DNA of 64,000 nt from Lingula anatina (taxonomy: Eukaryota; Animalia; Brachiopoda), in the NCBI GenBank assembly GCA_051362555.1, contig CM120640.1, positions 53,608,788-53,672,787 of the forward strand, written 5' to 3'. A program made the translations under genes and the position numbers. Shown in pieces: positions 39,546 through 52,481 of this stretch. The notes under the pieces are model-generated. The model was not told the origin of the DNA, searched no databases, and saw only the letters and a list, made by a program, of their open reading frames with translations. Position 1 is the stretch's first letter. The number at the start of each line of letters is the position of its first letter.

Positions 39546-41126
39546 CCTCTCACTGTCGTGGCTTATCACAGTCACCTCTATGTCCACTGGGGAAATTTCT
39601 GACTCTTCCAACAAGCTGGTAGCTCCAGAAGTGGTCCTCCTCCTTATGCTTCTGACAGAGCTAAAAGAAGAGACTCGGTCGCGTAATATGCTGCTTGTAT
39701 CCTCGGCGTCACAGCGTCTCTTGTCCTTATTCCGATGCAATTTGCTTTCCGTACTGATACGTTTAAGCAGTTTCCCGAATTGCCTGTTGTGACTGGTAAT
39801 ACCGTGGGAGGTATCGGCAGCGGCGTCCAAGCGCCCCACTCCAGAGGACGTGTAAAATTCCTGGAAGCAAGCAAGCGCTTCTTTCAGAACACGCGTCTGC
39901 TCATTTACTAATTCAGGAAATAGCTGGCAGGGAGAAACCCCGTAATTGTTCAAGACGCGTATCCGCGCACCGTTGTCAATCAATACCTGAGCGCAATCAG
40001 TGCTGCGAAATTCCGAGCATGCACACAAATGCAATGGCGTATTTCCACGATCGTCTTGGTAATTCGGATTAGCATTATATCTTAAAAGAAGTCGAACGAT
40101 GGAATCGTTTCCAGTCACTACAGCAAGAAAAAGCACTGGGAGCCCAAATAGCCAATCTTTTGAATAAATGCTTGCAAATGTCGATGTTGTGTCATTCGGA
40201 TGTGCATCTAATTGACTTTCACAGCCATTGGGTTCTTGCGCGACTATATTATTATCATATTCTATTGAAACACTGTCTTTTTGAGTGACAGCAGTAGCAC
40301 TTTCAGTTCCGCTAACTGGTTTGTTTGTAGAGAACCTGACGTCCTTTCGCCCTGGGGAACGCGGACTACTCAAAGAGATACTTCCAGCGCGTTCTTGTGA
40401 CATGCGCAATCCTATTTCATTGGGATCAACGCCATATTTAAGGAGTAATTTTATAACATCCAAAGACGAATGTCTCACGGCCAGATGCAATGCGTTGCGG
40501 AAGACAGGAGGGATGTCCCCGGAAAAGATAACACTTTCAGCACGGTCGTAGTTATCAATCAACGTTTGACTTTTTCTGAGGAGTATCTCAACTTCTTGAC
40601 TTGCCTGGCTTACCTTGTGGCTACCAGAATCCCAGCTAGCTTTATCCAGGATACTGCTATGTAAGTTTACAGGGAATTTACTATGATGGATCTGGAGGAT
40701 CTGGTTAACGGTCACAACGTCATTTTCAATGACTGCCCGCTCTAGTATATCCGCCTCATAGGTCATATCCATGATGGACGAGGCAGAGCTATTACTCCTA
40801 CATGCCTGAGGATGGCCTGTAAACACGAAACTGGGACTATGTCCCATAAAGGGGACTTGCAAGTTAGATGGAGATGATGCTGACATATTTGCACCTTGTT
40901 GTGGCACTTTCAGTGTCCTACATCCTGTCCAAATCCACTGGAAACGGTCACTACAAGCACTTGAAGGCGAGCAAGGGGAGTGCAATGGGGATCGAGGAGA
41001 CAGGGACGGTGACCTTGGGGTCAGAGATGAGAACGACGGGACATATGTAGAGACTGCAAGGGCGAGGAACTCCGCCTGAAGTCTTCCGAAGAGTGCCTGG
41101 CCATTTTCGTTTCTCAGCTCCAATTC
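39546..41126 (-). CDS. First recovered coding exon of a large ankyrin/ARM/RasGEF-N protein (possibly extended invertebrate PLC-epsilon-like); encodes ankyrin repeats
   Basis: Lies in the 581-aa ORF. Ankyrin motifs include ALHLAVRHSSLDVIKLLLKYGVDPN, LFLAVVTGNDSIVRLLLRYNANPNYQD and GNTPLHLCAC...AQVLIDNGARIRVLNNYGVSP. Acceptor tctgcattcttctag|GAA at 41127/41126; donor AGG|GTAAGT at 39546/39545; 1581 bp, phase 0/0. Confidence 0.9.
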
Positions 41127-41568
41127 CTAGAAGAATGCAGACAAATTTAATGCTTGGAAAAGATATGCTCTTACATAACAATCAATATAAAGGCACATTT
41201 ACAAAATTGATATGAAAGCATAGTGTACTACTGTAAATATTCTGAAAAATAAATAAAAAGTGATAAGTTTTTGCAGTGTACTTCGCTTCAAAAATTGTAC
41301 ATGCTATTCTATATTATCGTGCAAATTCTGCTCTGCTCAACCAGTGTTGTTTCAATTATCTAATTCCTGTAAAGCTCAGTAACCTTCTCTATTCTCAAAA
41401 CAATAGCATTGTTTACAAAAATTAATATTGCCATTTATATATTTCTGCCATTTAAATTTTTCATGTCTTTTTAATAAAGAGCGGCCTTGCTCAAGGCCAA
41501 ATTTTCAGTTATATATCATGACTTGTTTTTCTACTATATAGCTTATTTATCAGAGACGGGAGAGCAGT

Positions 41569-41570
<2 letters not shown>

Positions 41571-41606
<36 letters not shown>
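41571..41606. repeat. (AC)n microsatellite
   Basis: About 18 units. Confidence 0.95.
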
Positions 41607-41607
<1 letters not shown>

Positions 41608-44483
41608 AAAACCCAAGAAAATCAGAAAACTCGTACAGAATCCAAGACAATAAGGTTAGTGATGTATTGACGGCTAAGTTGAACAATAAAAGAGCGAAAT
41701 TAACAATAGCAAGTTAAATGCGCACAGCATCCATGGTGCTATAAAGTAATTCTTGTTATCTTTTTTATTAGAAATCGGATATTCACCCTGTTGTGTTTCA
41801 ATTCTTGCCTTAGGTCTTGCGTTACAACTGTAAAAACCAATTGGCCAAAGATATTCAGATAAACTGTTGTTAAAAGTTCAGGAATAATTGTGCGATCTTA
41901 ACTATGTTTTCACCCTAACTTCAGTGCATATTTCATACAGCAGGCTAATCTCAGATGTGGAGTATTGATATGACATTGAATCGATTTTCTAAGAAAAATG
42001 TGTGCAATTTTTTCATATGATACTTTACATTTACTGGTGTGTTCAAATGATTATATCGCAGTGAAATGTGTTTGGTGAGCAGCGGTATTATGTCAACTTT
42101 ACTGCAATGAATCACTAACCCTAATCGTCTGGGATTCTGTTTTTCTGGATTTCTTGGTGTATCAATAATAAATTTAAGTTGAGGCTGATGTTTCAGTACC
42201 ATCCAATGGAACAAATGCCACGTCGCTCAAAATGACTAATGGTGAAGCCATACTTAGCACAGAAACCTGCAGATTGCTGTGAATGACATTTTGGTGTGCA
42301 GCTGAACTCATTTGGCGACATGATGGAAGTGATATCACATGTAGATGTATCATTAGGTGTATTATGTGGTTTCCGTCTGTCTGGCATATTGCATATGAAA
42401 TATGCCCAAAGTTAAGTAAATTTCTCTTGAACTCCAATAATTTGTAGTTACAGATAGTAGTATTGAATATTTGTAAAATAAGATGGAATGTTGCCTAGGT
42501 TCTGTATCAAGCTGTTGTGTTCAGATATACATGAAATGTAAACATATGAAATATGTTTATATGTAGCACGATGTAGACTGCGAGTTAATTTAATCAATAG
42601 AGGATTTATAGTAGGCCTACAACCGCCCTTGCTATAAGGAATACAAACAGCAGAAATACACTTGTTTAAATGTTTGAAAAAGCAACCGTAAAATGTCTTT
42701 TGTAATGCTGCATTTGGAAGGCTAAAATCAAAGTCGACTTTGAAACATTTTTAAGAGTTTTTTTTTTAATATTGTATAATTGTCCCTCAATAATAAATGT
42801 TTATTGTCTGTTATCACCACTCAGAGTAAAATCGCTGTCCAAACGATTACAATTTGCTTTGATGGATTAGATTAAGAAAGAAAAACTATGTAAGCAGCCA
42901 TATAGATTGATTGTGAAGAAATATTAAAACGGCTAGGGTATAAAACTAAATCGAGCCTTTTTTTGGGGGGGAGGGAGGGAGGACCTTGGTCTACATGATA
43001 CTAGATCTTCTTTCTCAATGTTGGGCTCCGAAACAAACCTCGGTCGGAAACATGCAATTTATTACTTTTTGAAAGGATATATAAATTTGCAAAGTCGGTC
43101 AATCTCTTTCTGTTTCATGCTAAAGGGCCAAGAGCTTGAGATGGCTTGTCACCGACGACTGGAAATGGAACAATGGAATGTAAAATAGCCGAAATGTTGT
43201 ACATCAGGCTCGGATTTCTTTCATGACAGACATATTGGTCTATAAAGGCAGACTTTCCTTGTACACTAATAACCCGTCTTTTCCAGCATTCCCGTAATGT
43301 GTCCTTGGAATAGCAAAAGTAAACGTAATAGTTGTTGACGGTTCAAGGAAAGTGCCATTAATTTCCTTCTGCGCTAAATAGTTTTTATCTTTTTTATTTT
43401 GCATCGCTTTGCTACCTAATTCTGTTTCCGTTTCTCATAAGATTTCCATTATAAACTATATCAGTCAACAAGAACTGCAATGAACATTAGAACCTTATTC
43501 CGATTATACAGAAAGATTAATTTTGACTCGTGCAATGTTCGTCAGATGTCGAGACGTCAGTTGTATTATCAGATCTTAAGGACAGCCCGTTGATATACCA
43601 TGTAGTGGCTATACTGTGTATGCTATCGGTGCTGAGAAAGTGAGGGTCAGTGTAACAGAGACTCCACCCTCAGATTCATAGGTTGGGTTAGTTAGGACAA
43701 AATCTAGGAAGGGGCTTACTTATAAAAACTAATGGGAACCTAACCTTCTATCACAGGGGTATCTCTCCTATACGCCAATTACTACAGAAATCGAGGTTCG
43801 ACAAGGTTTAAAGAAGAAACAATATGGATAATGATTTTGCATTAATTCTATGGTTTACTGTCTAAAGTGCCAATTTTATGTTGATGTTGATGTTGATTAA
43901 GTATTTAAGAGCAAGTTCGGTTTTAGTCTCTCCTCAGTGCTCTGAGAAAGCAGATAACATTTTTTTCTGTAATCGATAATGCGCTAAGGTCATGCTCCCA
44001 CGTAACTGAATGGTCCAATATCCGAATGCCAAATAAAATAAATCTGAGATGAATGTTACCTTTTTGTAGTGCAGTGTACCGGTAGTTCAAACAACAATTT
44101 CTTTTACTTATATCTGTTTACCAGCTTCGTGAACAGCACAATTTACTATCTAATATGCTTTAGACTCCATTACAATTTAGGAAATCCCATTTGCTGATGG
44201 TTGTTTGCATTATCTTTCTCCTATAGAGGCATTATTGTTTACTGTGAGGCTATTTCATTGGTTTTGGCATCACCGACGACTCACTCGCGGTGAATCACCC
44301 GGATTGCCACAAGATAAGCCGTCGGGAGACCCACGTTATGTGCTACGTGTCAGCTATATCAGCCGCGCCACGGCATTTTTTTTTTTTTTTTTTTTCAAAT
44401 TTATGTTGTTGAGTTGTTTGAAAGAGTTACTTTTTGGCACTATTTCAAACAATTCAAAGACATAATATAACTTTTGTGAACAT

Positions 44484-45510
44484 CTATATCTGCACGTCCA
44501 CGATACCGGGTAACAACAATGGGTTATCATCTTTGACAATTTGTCAAAATATTCCTATGTGTTGGATTTCAATGGGGGAGGGGGGGCTTTCATGTGAAAA
44601 GGGATAGATTTATCTTATAATAACAAACAATTGTGTGTTTCTAAACATTGCTGTGTATTTTAAACTTTTTAATTCTTAGTTGCAAATGACACTAAAATAA
44701 CGCTTAAATCTGGGACACAGACATACCAGTCTGTTTTGCAGCCGTGCATTATGAAAAAGAAAGCCCTCAGAATAGAATTGTCATTATTTTTTGGTCATCT
44801 CAGGGATCATTCACGGCACACACACTAGAGTAAAACAAAAATTGCTCTTCGTCCCAAATTATGATGCGGGAAGAAAACGGTTTGTTTTGCATTACTATGG
44901 TTTCTCCCATATTATCTCCCATACACGTGAACAATACAAATTGTTCAATTTCGGGATAAAAATACCTGAAATACACTGCCTTTCGTAAAACAACAATGTG
45001 TAAGGAAATCCTATCATCTGAGCATGTAATCACAGAAGTTATGATCCAATCCTGTTTCGTTTCCTTCAGACACGCATGACATCGAAACCACAGCTAGCGT
45101 CTAGTTTCGTTTCCCCATTCAGATTCGGCCCAGGGACTCCGTAAATAGCGGAGATTTCTATTGATGACGTAATAACCCGGTCACATGAATATTAAATGAG
45201 ACTAATTAAATTAGCTCTATTATATCGGGTTCCCACCTTTTGGCGTGTAACTCACGAAAAACGATTTCATGCCATCGCTGTTTAACCGCCGATTCAGGAT
45301 CGCAGCGTGCTTTCCCGAATTTGTGAAGTTGACTCTTTCTTGATAATCTTTGAAAGTGTTTAATGTTACATTTCCCAAACTTTATGAATGTAAAGCAAAA
45401 CACAATACATTTTCTAAGTGGAAAGTGTGCTCACAAGATCGACGCCATGTTGAAATTTTGATGCCCTTGTCCCTAGGTTGTTACCCAGTATCGTGGACGT
45501 GCAGATATAG
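44484..45510. mobile_element. Non-autonomous TIR element of about 1 kb
   Basis: 34-bp TIR ctatatctgcacgtccacgatacYgggtaacaac at 44484-44517, inverted at 45477-45510 with one mismatch; possible TA TSD. Confidence 0.75.
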
Positions 45511-46140
45511 TTCTAGTCAAATTTACCAGTTACGGTGACAATCTGTTGTCAAAAGATACTTAACTAAATGATACAAACATGTGCTTTTGCTATAGTAATT
45601 AAATGATCTGTTAAACTGGGATATATTTTTCTTTTTGATGGATCTTTGTTCAAAACAACGACATACTAATACATTATATTCTTACACATGTAGCAAAAGA
45701 GAGTGTTGCATGCAACCCAATGGACTATACGAAAACATGGCTGACATGCAACTATGTCGTGCAAACAAAAGCCAACTGCTTTGTAGAACAACTCTTATCA
45801 TATAACATGTTTGCTTTGTTATTTTTCAGAATGAAAAACATTTAAGTTTTTTTTTCAACTAACATCACTCTTTAGTCCTATGGTCTACAAATTATCAAAA
45901 TGATGTTTCTGTGGTTTGTTTGTCCCAAGTACTCCTTTTTGGTACTATAATAGCAATTTTCTTTACTTTGACATGGCAGATACACTTTTTAATTTGATTT
46001 CAAGGTTATTAAATTTTACACGGTTTCTTTCACAAGGCCACCAAGAAAGCCCAGATCTCACTCAATTTTAAAGCGAGAAAATCACCGTATGTCATCAATA
46101 AGGAAACCAAAATGTTAATGGATTTCTATTTCGCACTTAA

Positions 46141-46485
46141 AGGGATAATAACTCTTCGTTTCGGCCAAAAAATGAATTTTCCTGGAGTAAACAACAATTT
46201 TCCCATACTTACCAATGGTTAATGAATCCATTTTTACATTCAAAGTTAGGCCCTGGTTTTTTTCTAAAAAGTTTGGTTTTATGTTAAAATCTCTTAATCT
46301 CTTAAGAGATTTTAACAGAGTATAGGCATCAATGGAGGTCACGTGGTCTAAAGACAAGCTCAGATACCAGAATAATAGCTATAACTGCCGTTTTTGTGGT
46401 AAAACAGAATATATTATATTTCTATGAGTTATTCACAATGTTTTTATTGTGAAATATAGATCTCATACGCAGAGTTAATATCCCT
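46141..46485 (+). mobile_element. Kolobok-like non-autonomous element, copy 1 (TTAA target)
   Basis: Reads ttaa|AGGGATAAT…ATATCCCT|ttaa. Confidence 0.75.
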
Positions 46486-46505
46486 TTAAAGGGATAACAA
46501 CTTAA

Positions 46506-46852
46506 AGGGATATCAACTCTTCGTATGAGATCTATATTTCACAAAAAAAAAAAAAAAACATTGTAAACAACTCATAGAATCATAATACTCTGTATATTCT
46601 ATTTTACCTCAAAAAAGGAAGTTGAACCAATTATTCTGAAATCTATACTTGTCATCGGACCATGTTACCTCCATAGATGGCTATACTCTATAATAATCTC
46701 TTAAGAGATTATTACAAAAAAACTTTTTAGAAAAAAACAAGGACTAACTTTGAATGTAGAAATGTATTTATTAACCCTTGGTAAGTATGGGAAAATTGTT
46801 GTTTACCCCAGGAAAATTAATTTTTGGGCCAAAATGAACAGTTGTTATCCCT
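46506..46852 (-). mobile_element. Kolobok-like non-autonomous element, copy 2 (inverted relative to copy 1)
   Basis: Reads ttaa|AGGGATATC…TTATCCCT|ttaa and is the full-length reverse complement of 46141-46485, with divergence. Confidence 0.75.
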
Positions 46853-49800
46853 TTAAATAATGGCTCATTTGGGACACGCTGAGTGATAGACGTGGGGGAT
46901 GTTGACAGTTTGTAAGCACCAATCAAGATAATGTCCATTTATGTCAAACAAAAAAAACATGAATTTGATTTGGAAAATGCAAGAGATAAATTCAAATGTG
47001 GTAGAAAAAAGGAGCTCACCTGGGAGAACACTTGGGACAGTAAAAATGGTGAGCATTAATATACCTCTTGGAGTATTCTAGGCCTCTGACTGGCCAGTTA
47101 CAATACCCAGTTACTACCATTCACTACTGAGTGACCTCATTTGATAAAAAAAGCCCCAATGAAAAGTTGCAGGGGAATTTTCATGCAAAATAGTGAAGTC
47201 TTTGTTAATTTAATAGCAACATTTATCAAAATAATATTTTGTGCACTACAGTCACTCGTGCACTTTGTCTAGGGTCATATTTCCTCCTGCTGGGCCCTGT
47301 TCTTTGTAGTTGATTTGGAACTGTGCATCTATTTGTTTTACATGGCATAGCGACCGCCAAATACGGCACGTTTTCATATTGCAGGCATTTTGATAATAAC
47401 GTACTTCTTTGTTTTAAAACGTTCAAAATGTGCGTCAGTAACTTTTTCAGTTAAAATTGAAAGGAATATACACAATGACCGGGTTCTTAAATTCAATGTT
47501 TCTGGACACGTAACCCATGACAGTACGTGGACCAAGTTGAACTACATATGAATCCCCTGCAGGAATATCCCGAAACCGCACGGGTAAATACTTAAATAAA
47601 AATAAATAAATAGATAAATCAAATCAATGGTATGAGCACTCGGTTGTTAGCTACATACAGAGCCGTGAAGCTGTTTAAGAACTCAATACAGTGTGCGTGT
47701 CAAAGGATGGCAATGGCTGATCTCCGCTGCAAGGCGAAATTGAGCGAACGTTGCTACACCAGACACTACTTCCTCAGTGAATCATCGCGGACAGCCGTTT
47801 TTATAATTCGCCCTACTCATTTATTAAAATAGTGAGGTATTTAACAGGGACTATGTGAAGCAATAAAGATATGCCATATACTTGCGCTTATCTATAGTAA
47901 GTGTCATGCAAATTATGCCCTTGACAATTGAAAAGTCCCAATCGTTAATTATCTTAAGCTGTGCATTCTGTTGTATACCCATTCAAACACGATTTACGTG
48001 AGGCGACGCCGACAGTAACTAAGGTAAATCAAAAACGGGTGGTATCATTGAGCTATCATTATAATGATAGGAAAAATTATTTGATAGTTCTGGGATAATA
48101 TAAATGTAAAAAAAAAGACGGAAGAACCCTTTCACGAATGTCGAGCGGATGTATCTTTGTTGGTAGCGATGGTGTATTTTGGCATAATTGGAAGCTTATA
48201 TTACTATCAGGCTCCATACCAGCAACCCCATAAAACATATGCGCACAACACTGTTCTTGGATACAGTATCAAATAAGTTTAATTATTGATTGAAATACCG
48301 GTACTCTGTTTTACGGACACTGTATTAGGACATGTAATATTATGGCGGTCATTTACTTTGCTGTATATTAATGGGATATCAAAGATTTCGCGGGATTTGG
48401 GTGTGAATGTCAGAAATAGTTGCAAACCAGCGAATACGGACGAATAAAAACTGACTTCATTTTCCAACGGATATTTTTTTTAGGTTTTAAATATTTGTTC
48501 GCTCTGTAAAATGGCAATCCTTTGCAAAACAGTACGTTGTCACTATGTTTTGCGGAACACTTTTGTATTGCTTTCCAAGACAACATATCTGGCGCATAAA
48601 GCTACAAGGTTAATCCCACCTGAGGCAGATTCTCACAGGTTTTCTGGACTCGTGTGACGTCAAAAAGTGTGGACTGTCTATTTTTAGGCCATCTCGGATG
48701 TAAATGACCGTGTGATGGCCACGACAGTGATCTATTCTTCGTGGTATACCTCTCTCCTATACATAAAATGGAAATGCCTTCTAAATGAACAAAATAAACA
48801 ATTTAGTAAGGCGCTGACAATACGAATTTTACAACTGTGTCACAATACGAACTTGTCACTATTCACACTTTCACCTTAAGCTTCGTCAATTTTAAGCATA
48901 AAATTAATATTTTTTTGATCAATGGTTTTAGCTTTAATATAACGATATATATAAACTGATGGATCATTATCTTCCTTGATAACTGGTTAGATGATCATGT
49001 CCTTGTCGGGTGTAAACCACATCATATGGACAATGGAAGTAAAGATACCAGCTGAAACCTTCAGTATGTCTCGCATAAACGATATATAGCTCAAGATCAT
49101 CTATCGTACTAATGTTGGGTACATTATGCACAGTAAATAGAATGTCAGGAACGTCCTGCTAATACACTCACATAGTAATGCTAAAACTAAAAAAAATACG
49201 ATTTCAAACCACTCGGGTAGCACAGTGCATTAAGGACTATGGATAGCGCAGAGGTCATACTGCATGGAAATATCTAATCTCATACTTGATGGTGATACAT
49301 CAGTATCAATCATTTTGTCAACTTAATTTAAATAGCTGCGTATATAGAAGTAGGGATAGGGGTGTCCTCGAGTTCCAACATTCACGAATTTTCTCATGAA
49401 CAAATATGTTTACTTTCAGTTTCTAACAACATAACGTAAAAAGTAAGATTTTGTTAAACAGACAAACAAACAAATAAGGGGCATATTCCTATTTAATACA
49501 TGTACCTCTATTTTGTAGTGCAAGGTTAGTATTGGACACTAATTCTACGTACTGAATTCTATCAAGGTAGTTATGTTGGGTCTAGCAACGCAAGTCCACC
49601 TAGTAGGGAATTCTCCAGGGTCTAATTTGGACATACATTTTAGAGTCAATAATAAAAGTCAATATACGAGTATGATGCTGGCCGTTACTTGGAATCTTTG
49701 CGAATGTTAGAGTATATGTGTGCGTAGTGCACTTGGTATGAGCAATTTATCAATATCGGTTCCAGAAGGGAATATCTCTAACGTCTCTTATCAAAACGAA

Positions 49801-50465
49801 AATTTCACACTAAGTGGTAGACCAAACGAGCAATTTAAGTAAGTCGATTTAACACGCACAAAAGCATCGCCATATATCGGCCAAGTAAGTGAAGTGAAAA
49901 AAAGTAATTAATAACCAACCCTCGATAGTGCGTGTCCCAATACATTATAACATTATAACATTTACATGTTACACATGTATATTGCAGCCTATTAAGAACT
50001 CTCATTGAATCATGGTCAAAAATCTATCTTCAAAATATTCAAAGTTCAGTTCGCATGCACACGCTGACAGTCCCTCTCTTTCTATTTAAAAACCTTTTTT
50101 TATACTGTCTGTCAAATTAAATGCTCCACCTGTTAGGCTGAATATAGCAAAGGCCATTAAATCATCTCTTGATCAATCGACAACATGTTGCCGACGATGA
50201 AACGATGTTTTTATCATCATTGTCACAACGAATGGATGAAGCTTAGCGTCATTTCCCAAATGGTTCCTTTCCATGTACGTCTTAAAGTTAAAATGTTAAA
50301 AATTTCTTCCGGAAATGGATTTTTACAACCATAGGATTCCTTGTATTATGTTTTGCTAGTTTACTCAACGCTCGATTGTAAAATATGACCCGGTGAAATC
50401 TATTCAGTTACACTAACCGTTGTGTGTAAAATTTTCTAGCAATCTTCTCGGCCTCTGCAGTAAGG

Positions 50466-50603
50466 TACCCTCTACCAGGGCGACAGATTGATTTTTTACA
50501 GATATTCACAGATATGTCTCTAGATAAATAGACAGTCATTTTGGTCTGATGTCGCCTCAGCAAAAAATGTCCACAATAATAACTGCAGTCCTGGTAGAGG
50601 GTA
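50466..50603. mobile_element. 138-bp MITE with 9-bp TSD
   Basis: TIR TACCCTCTACCAGG…CCTGGTAGAGGGTA; GCAGTAAGG is duplicated at 50457-50465 and 50604-50612. Confidence 0.88.
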
Positions 50604-50881
50604 GCAGTAAGGCATGCTTGGCCTAATACTGGTTCTTTAAATACCGATTTACATGTGTATTAGTTGTGATTTTAAAGGTAATTTCAGATCAATGTTTATT
50701 AACGCTTTTATGATGTGACTGATGCGTCTTTACCAGATGTTAATTGTTGAATTACATACATGTACTTACCATGAGAAATGGATTGTTATCTTTGACTGCA
50801 CTTATAAATATTACAATTGCACAATGGCGGAAAACAGTGCGTAAAACTAAATGTACATAATATGGTGGTTAAAATGTATTA

Positions 50882-50999
50882 GGGCGCATTACCATTGAAA
50901 GTATCGTTTTACGTAGATCGATCCAATTCTGCAGGGACTCTCGTAGAATGCAATCAGATTATCAGAGCGTAGAACGATAGTTTCATTGGGAATGAACCC
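50882..50999. mobile_element. Short Harbinger/Tourist-like MITE (family B deletion derivative)
   Basis: Reads tta|gggcgcattaccattgaaa…tttcattgggaatgaaccc|tta and shares tagatcgatccaattctgcagggactctcg with the other copies. Confidence 0.7.
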
Positions 51000-51699
51000 T
51001 TAGATGTTTTGAACATAAGGAATGGAAATATCATTATAACCGTAATTATTGTAATGTTTTTTACAATGTACCAGTATAACATAAAATGATAGTAACAATG
51101 GGCACGTTAACCGCGTAAAGATCACAGGAGTATCAGTAGTCTACACTGAGAATAAAATTGGAGTCATATTTGACTCTCTAGTCAGAGTCCAGCACCCCTT
51201 GACCCTCATGGAGTTAATTTGACTCCTATATAAGGGTCAAATCACCCCACTTCCAGAGTCTTTAGACTCTCTTATCAGTCAGTCTTATCTTGTCAGTCAA
51301 ACTGACTCTAAAATCAGAGTCAAAATATCGGGGGCCAGTGTCTGGCTGACCCCTTTCACCGACTCTTTTCGCTCGCTGGACAGTAAGCATCGTTTCAGTA
51401 CTTGTGATGGCAGTGAGCAGACGGCGTGGAGAGAACAGTTTTCATCATCTTTTGTCAGTATAGACATTACTTTATTGGCCATAGTTGGTTTTATGCATGA
51501 ACAAGTGTATTTGTGAGTGTTTCTGCATGCAGAACTCGTGCACTTATTACTGGCCCGGACTTTCAGTTGCCCACACCCTTTATGTGATATATTGGTATAA
51601 AGGTCAGCAGGTTTTGTTTCCAGGTTATAGGTTTGACCCGCTAATGCATGTCACTGGGGAGGTATGCTCACTAACTGGTATATTTGTGGCATATGTGAT

Positions 51700-51947
51700 A
51701 GATACAATACGAGTCGCCGAGCTGTACGTGAAATATTACGAGTGTATTGGCGAGCCGCAGGCGAGACAATACACGAGTAATTTTCACGTACAGCTCGGCG
51801 ACGAGTGTTGTATCTGGCTTAAACCACGGCCTCTGATTGGCTACTACACTAGTAGTGCAACAGACCGTGGAACGCACTCGTACATGACGTGCTTGTATGT
51901 CGCATACAGCACGGCCGAGTCTTTTGTTCTACGCGCTAGCCGTGGTT

Positions 51948-51950
<3 letters not shown>
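51700..51950 (+). mobile_element. Hairpin-bearing element abutting (TA)n (tentatively Crypton-like non-autonomous)
   Basis: 116-nt hairpin at 51700-51815 plus a perfect 12-bp inverted pair, ttaaaccacggc (51819-51830) and gccgtggtttaa (51939-51950). Confidence 0.55.

Positions 51951-52031
<81 letters not shown>
51951..52031. repeat. (AT)n(GT)n microsatellite
   Basis: About 35 AT units followed by about 5 GT units. Confidence 0.97.
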
Positions 52032-52032
<1 letters not shown>

Positions 52033-52091
52033 CATGCTGTTTATTACCAGATTTACAAATTGTTTGTTATTGCTGTTTCAACACAATATAC

Positions 52092-52200
52092 GATCGGATG
52101 GCCTTGTGGTTAGAGTGCCCGCCTCCGGAGCGGGAGAACGTGGGACGGGGACATACAAGTCTTTAATGAACGGTACCTGCTGTCTCCAACGCTTGGCACA
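52092..52200 (+). mobile_element. tRNA-derived SINE 5' fragment
   Basis: gatcggatggccttgtggttagagtgcccgcctccggagcgggaga has an A-box-like TGGCCTTGTGG and an anticodon-like stem. The B box is missing, and a SINE-body-like ggtacctgctgtctccaacgcttggcac follows. Confidence 0.5.
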
Positions 52201-52481
52201 GTTTTTGTTGTCGTTTTTTTTTTCATAATGTGCCAAGGAGTCAAAAATTCCTTAATGAGGGATCATGGTGACTCTTTTGTAGAGATAAATCAAGGGATGA
52301 AGGGATGTGTGAATGGAGTCAATTGTGACCCTCCTGTGGGGTCTGGGATGGCGTTACTCCTACGGAGTCAACTTGACTCCAATTGGGAGTTATTTTAGGC
52401 ACCACTGCTGGACTCCAAGTTTGGAGTCACTTGGACTCCGATTTTATTCTCAGTGTACAGATGGCGCTATTTCACTCTAAG

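Larger units (their letters stand above)
51144..52455. mobile_element. CACTA/EnSpm-like non-autonomous element with TA TSD and nested insertions
   Basis: Reads ta|CACTGAGAATAAAATTGGAGTC…GACTCCGATTTTATTCTCAGTG|ta, with many subterminal ggagtc/gactc(c/t) repeats at both ends. Confidence 0.8.

Noticed and set aside
52092-52150. Possible tRNA gene
   Set aside because: The T-arm/B box (GTTCGA) and the acceptor-stem 3' half are missing; it is better explained as a SINE head.
51485-52228. 247-aa plus-strand ORF
   Set aside because: It runs through the hairpin, the (AT)n microsatellite (IYIYIY) and the SINE fragment, and shows no domain signal; it is a chance ORF in repeats.
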